Shown here: in pieces, positions 62,967 through 64,000 of the stretch | Position numbering within the stretch: the first letter of the stretch is position 1 | How the letters are laid out: each line of letters begins with the position of its first letter | Source of the DNA: Candidatus Omnitrophota bacterium | GTDB lineage: Bacteria > Omnitrophota > Gorgyraeia > Zapsychrales > Fredricksoniimonadaceae | DNA: 64,000 bases | Direction of reading: 5' to 3' | NCBI GenBank assembly: GCA_015233145.1 | Contig: JADFYI010000001.1 | Location: 79,345 to 143,344 of the forward strand | The notes under the pieces: model-generated | Databases searched by the model: none | Told to the model about the DNA's origin: nothing | The model's input: only the letters and a program-made list of their open reading frames with translations | Translations under genes and position numbers: made by a program

Positions 62967-64000
62967 TTATAAATGGCGGAAAATTTTGCCTTCTTCTTTT
63001 TCAAAGCTCGGTTTATAAGCGGATACCGGGCGGCCAAAACAAGTGCCCATCTGCTCATAAATAGCCACCTGATTTAAATCCACATGGCGCTGTTCAATGG
63101 CTTTCTTGGATTCCATGTAGCGAACCTTGTTGCCGTCAACTCCGACCACAGTAACACCCGTGATTCCTTGTTTGAGAAGAAGAACGCCTGCGGCGCCGGC
63201 TTCTTTGCCAAAGTTAACGTCATAAGCCGAGGAATGCCCGCAGCGGACCAGATGCCCGGGAACCACAGAGCGGACTTCCGGGATTTCATTCATTTTCTCG
63301 ACATACATCTTGGCTTTTTTCATCAAATCCTTGATTTCAGGATCAGCTTTGAGGCGTTTGGTAAGTTCCTGGCAAACGAATTTCGCGGCGCCGGCGAGTT
63401 TCTTATGGCCAAAAGAATCAGGGGTAGAGGATTCATCATAAATTTCCGAGCCATCCGCATTTTTTAACCCCTCGGCAACAACGATCATGTATTGTCCGGC
63501 CAGGACATCGCTTTTAAGAATCCTTGCAAAAAAGCGTTCCTTCATGTGGTTATAAACGATGTCAAAGTCCGACGGGACTTCCGGGATGAGGATGCAGTCT
63601 GCGTCAGCCGCAACGCCTCCGCGGAAAGCGGTGTGCCCTGCATAACGGCCGAAAACTTCAAGGACCATGATGCGGTTGTGGGTTATGGCCGTGGTTTTAA
63701 GCTCCTCCACATACAAGGAGATTTTATTAACAGTGGAATCTCCACCCACAGAGTAGGTCTGCAGGTCAAGGTCCATGGTTTTGGGCGCATGGACACATTT
63801 AATGCCTTGTTCAAAAAGGTCAACCATAACAGAACCGGAATCATCACCGCCAGAGATCACAAGGCCGTCGATCCCGAATTTTTTCATGCCTTGTTTTATA
63901 CGCTCATATTTGTTAGGGTCTTCAATTTTTTTGACTTTAACACGGGAATGCCCGGCTTCTGAACCTGCCAGATTGGCGTCAATCTTATCGGCGCGATCAG
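62967..64000 (-). CDS. pfp: Pyrophosphate-dependent 6-phosphofructokinase (5' end outside window)
   Basis: The reading frame stays open upstream of the listed Met to the window edge. It has GGDDS (Asp instead of Gly) and PKTMDLD (Lys instead of Gly), the two positions classically separating PPi- from ATP-dependent PFKs. Confidence 0.8.
   Translation of the reverse strand, partial: DRADKIDANLAGSEAGHSRVKVKKIEDPNKYERIKQGMKKFGIDGLVISGGDDSGSVMVDLFEQGIKCVHAPKTMDLDLQTYSVGGDSTVNKISLYVEELKTTAITHNRIMVLEVFGRYAGHTAFRGGVAADADCILIPEVPSDFDIVYNHMKERFFARILKSDVLAGQYMIVVAEGLKNADGSEIYDESSTPDSFGHKKLAGAAKFVCQELTKRLKADPEIKDLMKKAKMYVEKMNEIPEVRSVVPGHLVRCGHSSAYDVNFGKEAGAAGVLLLKQGITGVTVVGVDGNKVRYMESKKAIEQRHVDLNQVAIYEQMGTCFGRPVSAYKPSFEKEEGKIFRHL

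Noticed and set aside
1-64000. CRISPR arrays, rRNA genes, IS elements, toxin-antitoxin or known defence-system genes
   Set aside because: I saw no regularly spaced short repeats. Apart from the pilin duplication and the 15-nt Ser repeat I saw no other repeats. No nuclease/helicase/methylase combinations typical of defence islands are present. The SNase-like gene at 50572 stands alone with a signal peptide and looks like a secreted nuclease.

Overview
This is a bacterial chromosomal window, moderately AT-rich by eye. About 65 genes are packed co-directionally on the + strand, and only the last gene (a PPi-type phosphofructokinase) is on the - strand. I saw no rRNA, CRISPR array, transposase or integrase. 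Gene order: the 3' end of uvrA, then a tightly coupled Tol/Exb-like operon (832-aa TPR protein, MotA/TolQ/ExbB, ExbD/TolR, a TonB/TolA-like anchor, a small zinc-ribbon membrane protein, a PilX-like protein). Next is a type IV filament (T4P-like) assembly cluster: a PilM-PilN fusion, PilO-like, Pro-rich PilP-like, a secretin with poly-Ser linkers, a PilB ATPase with a tandem MshEN motif, and PilC. A five-gene prepilin cassette follows and is present twice as about 2.6-kb direct repeats flanking rsmE. The rest is housekeeping: recA-recX-alaS, hisDBHAF, trpE, rpsP, yajC, fused secDF, a shortened mfd, surA-like/pdxA/rsmA, a YbgC-like thioesterase, an orphan histidine kinase, gatCAB, ctpA, a yibQ-like deacetylase and tsaD. 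After tsaD come a bactofilin-HTH fusion coupled to a membrane-anchored HTH protein, one tRNA(CAT), an 892-aa orphan secreted protein, a Gfo/Idh/MocA oxidoreductase, an SNase-like nuclease, tilS, a MORN/YwqK-repeat protein, ftsH, folP, cdaA plus a 35-codon CdaR/YbbR-anchor remnant, pdxJ, acpS, nnrD, and two large polytopic membrane proteins (YfhO-like, DUF2079-like). The most interesting signals are listed here. (1) The duplicated pilin cassette has a mosaic identity profile, with a 1188-bp perfect core and diverged major-pilin and PilW-like flanks. (2) The bactofilin-HTH plus tail-anchored HTH gene pair lies next to the tRNA. (3) The 892-aa orphan exported protein lies directly downstream of the tRNA. 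(4) The pilus ATPase carries a predicted c-di-GMP-binding motif. (5) The mfd gene is shortened, and the CdaR homolog is reduced to its membrane anchor. All family calls rest on motifs read from the translations; no database search was possible. Taxonomy cannot be assigned from the window alone; the gene content suggests a diderm, possibly uncultivated, lineage.
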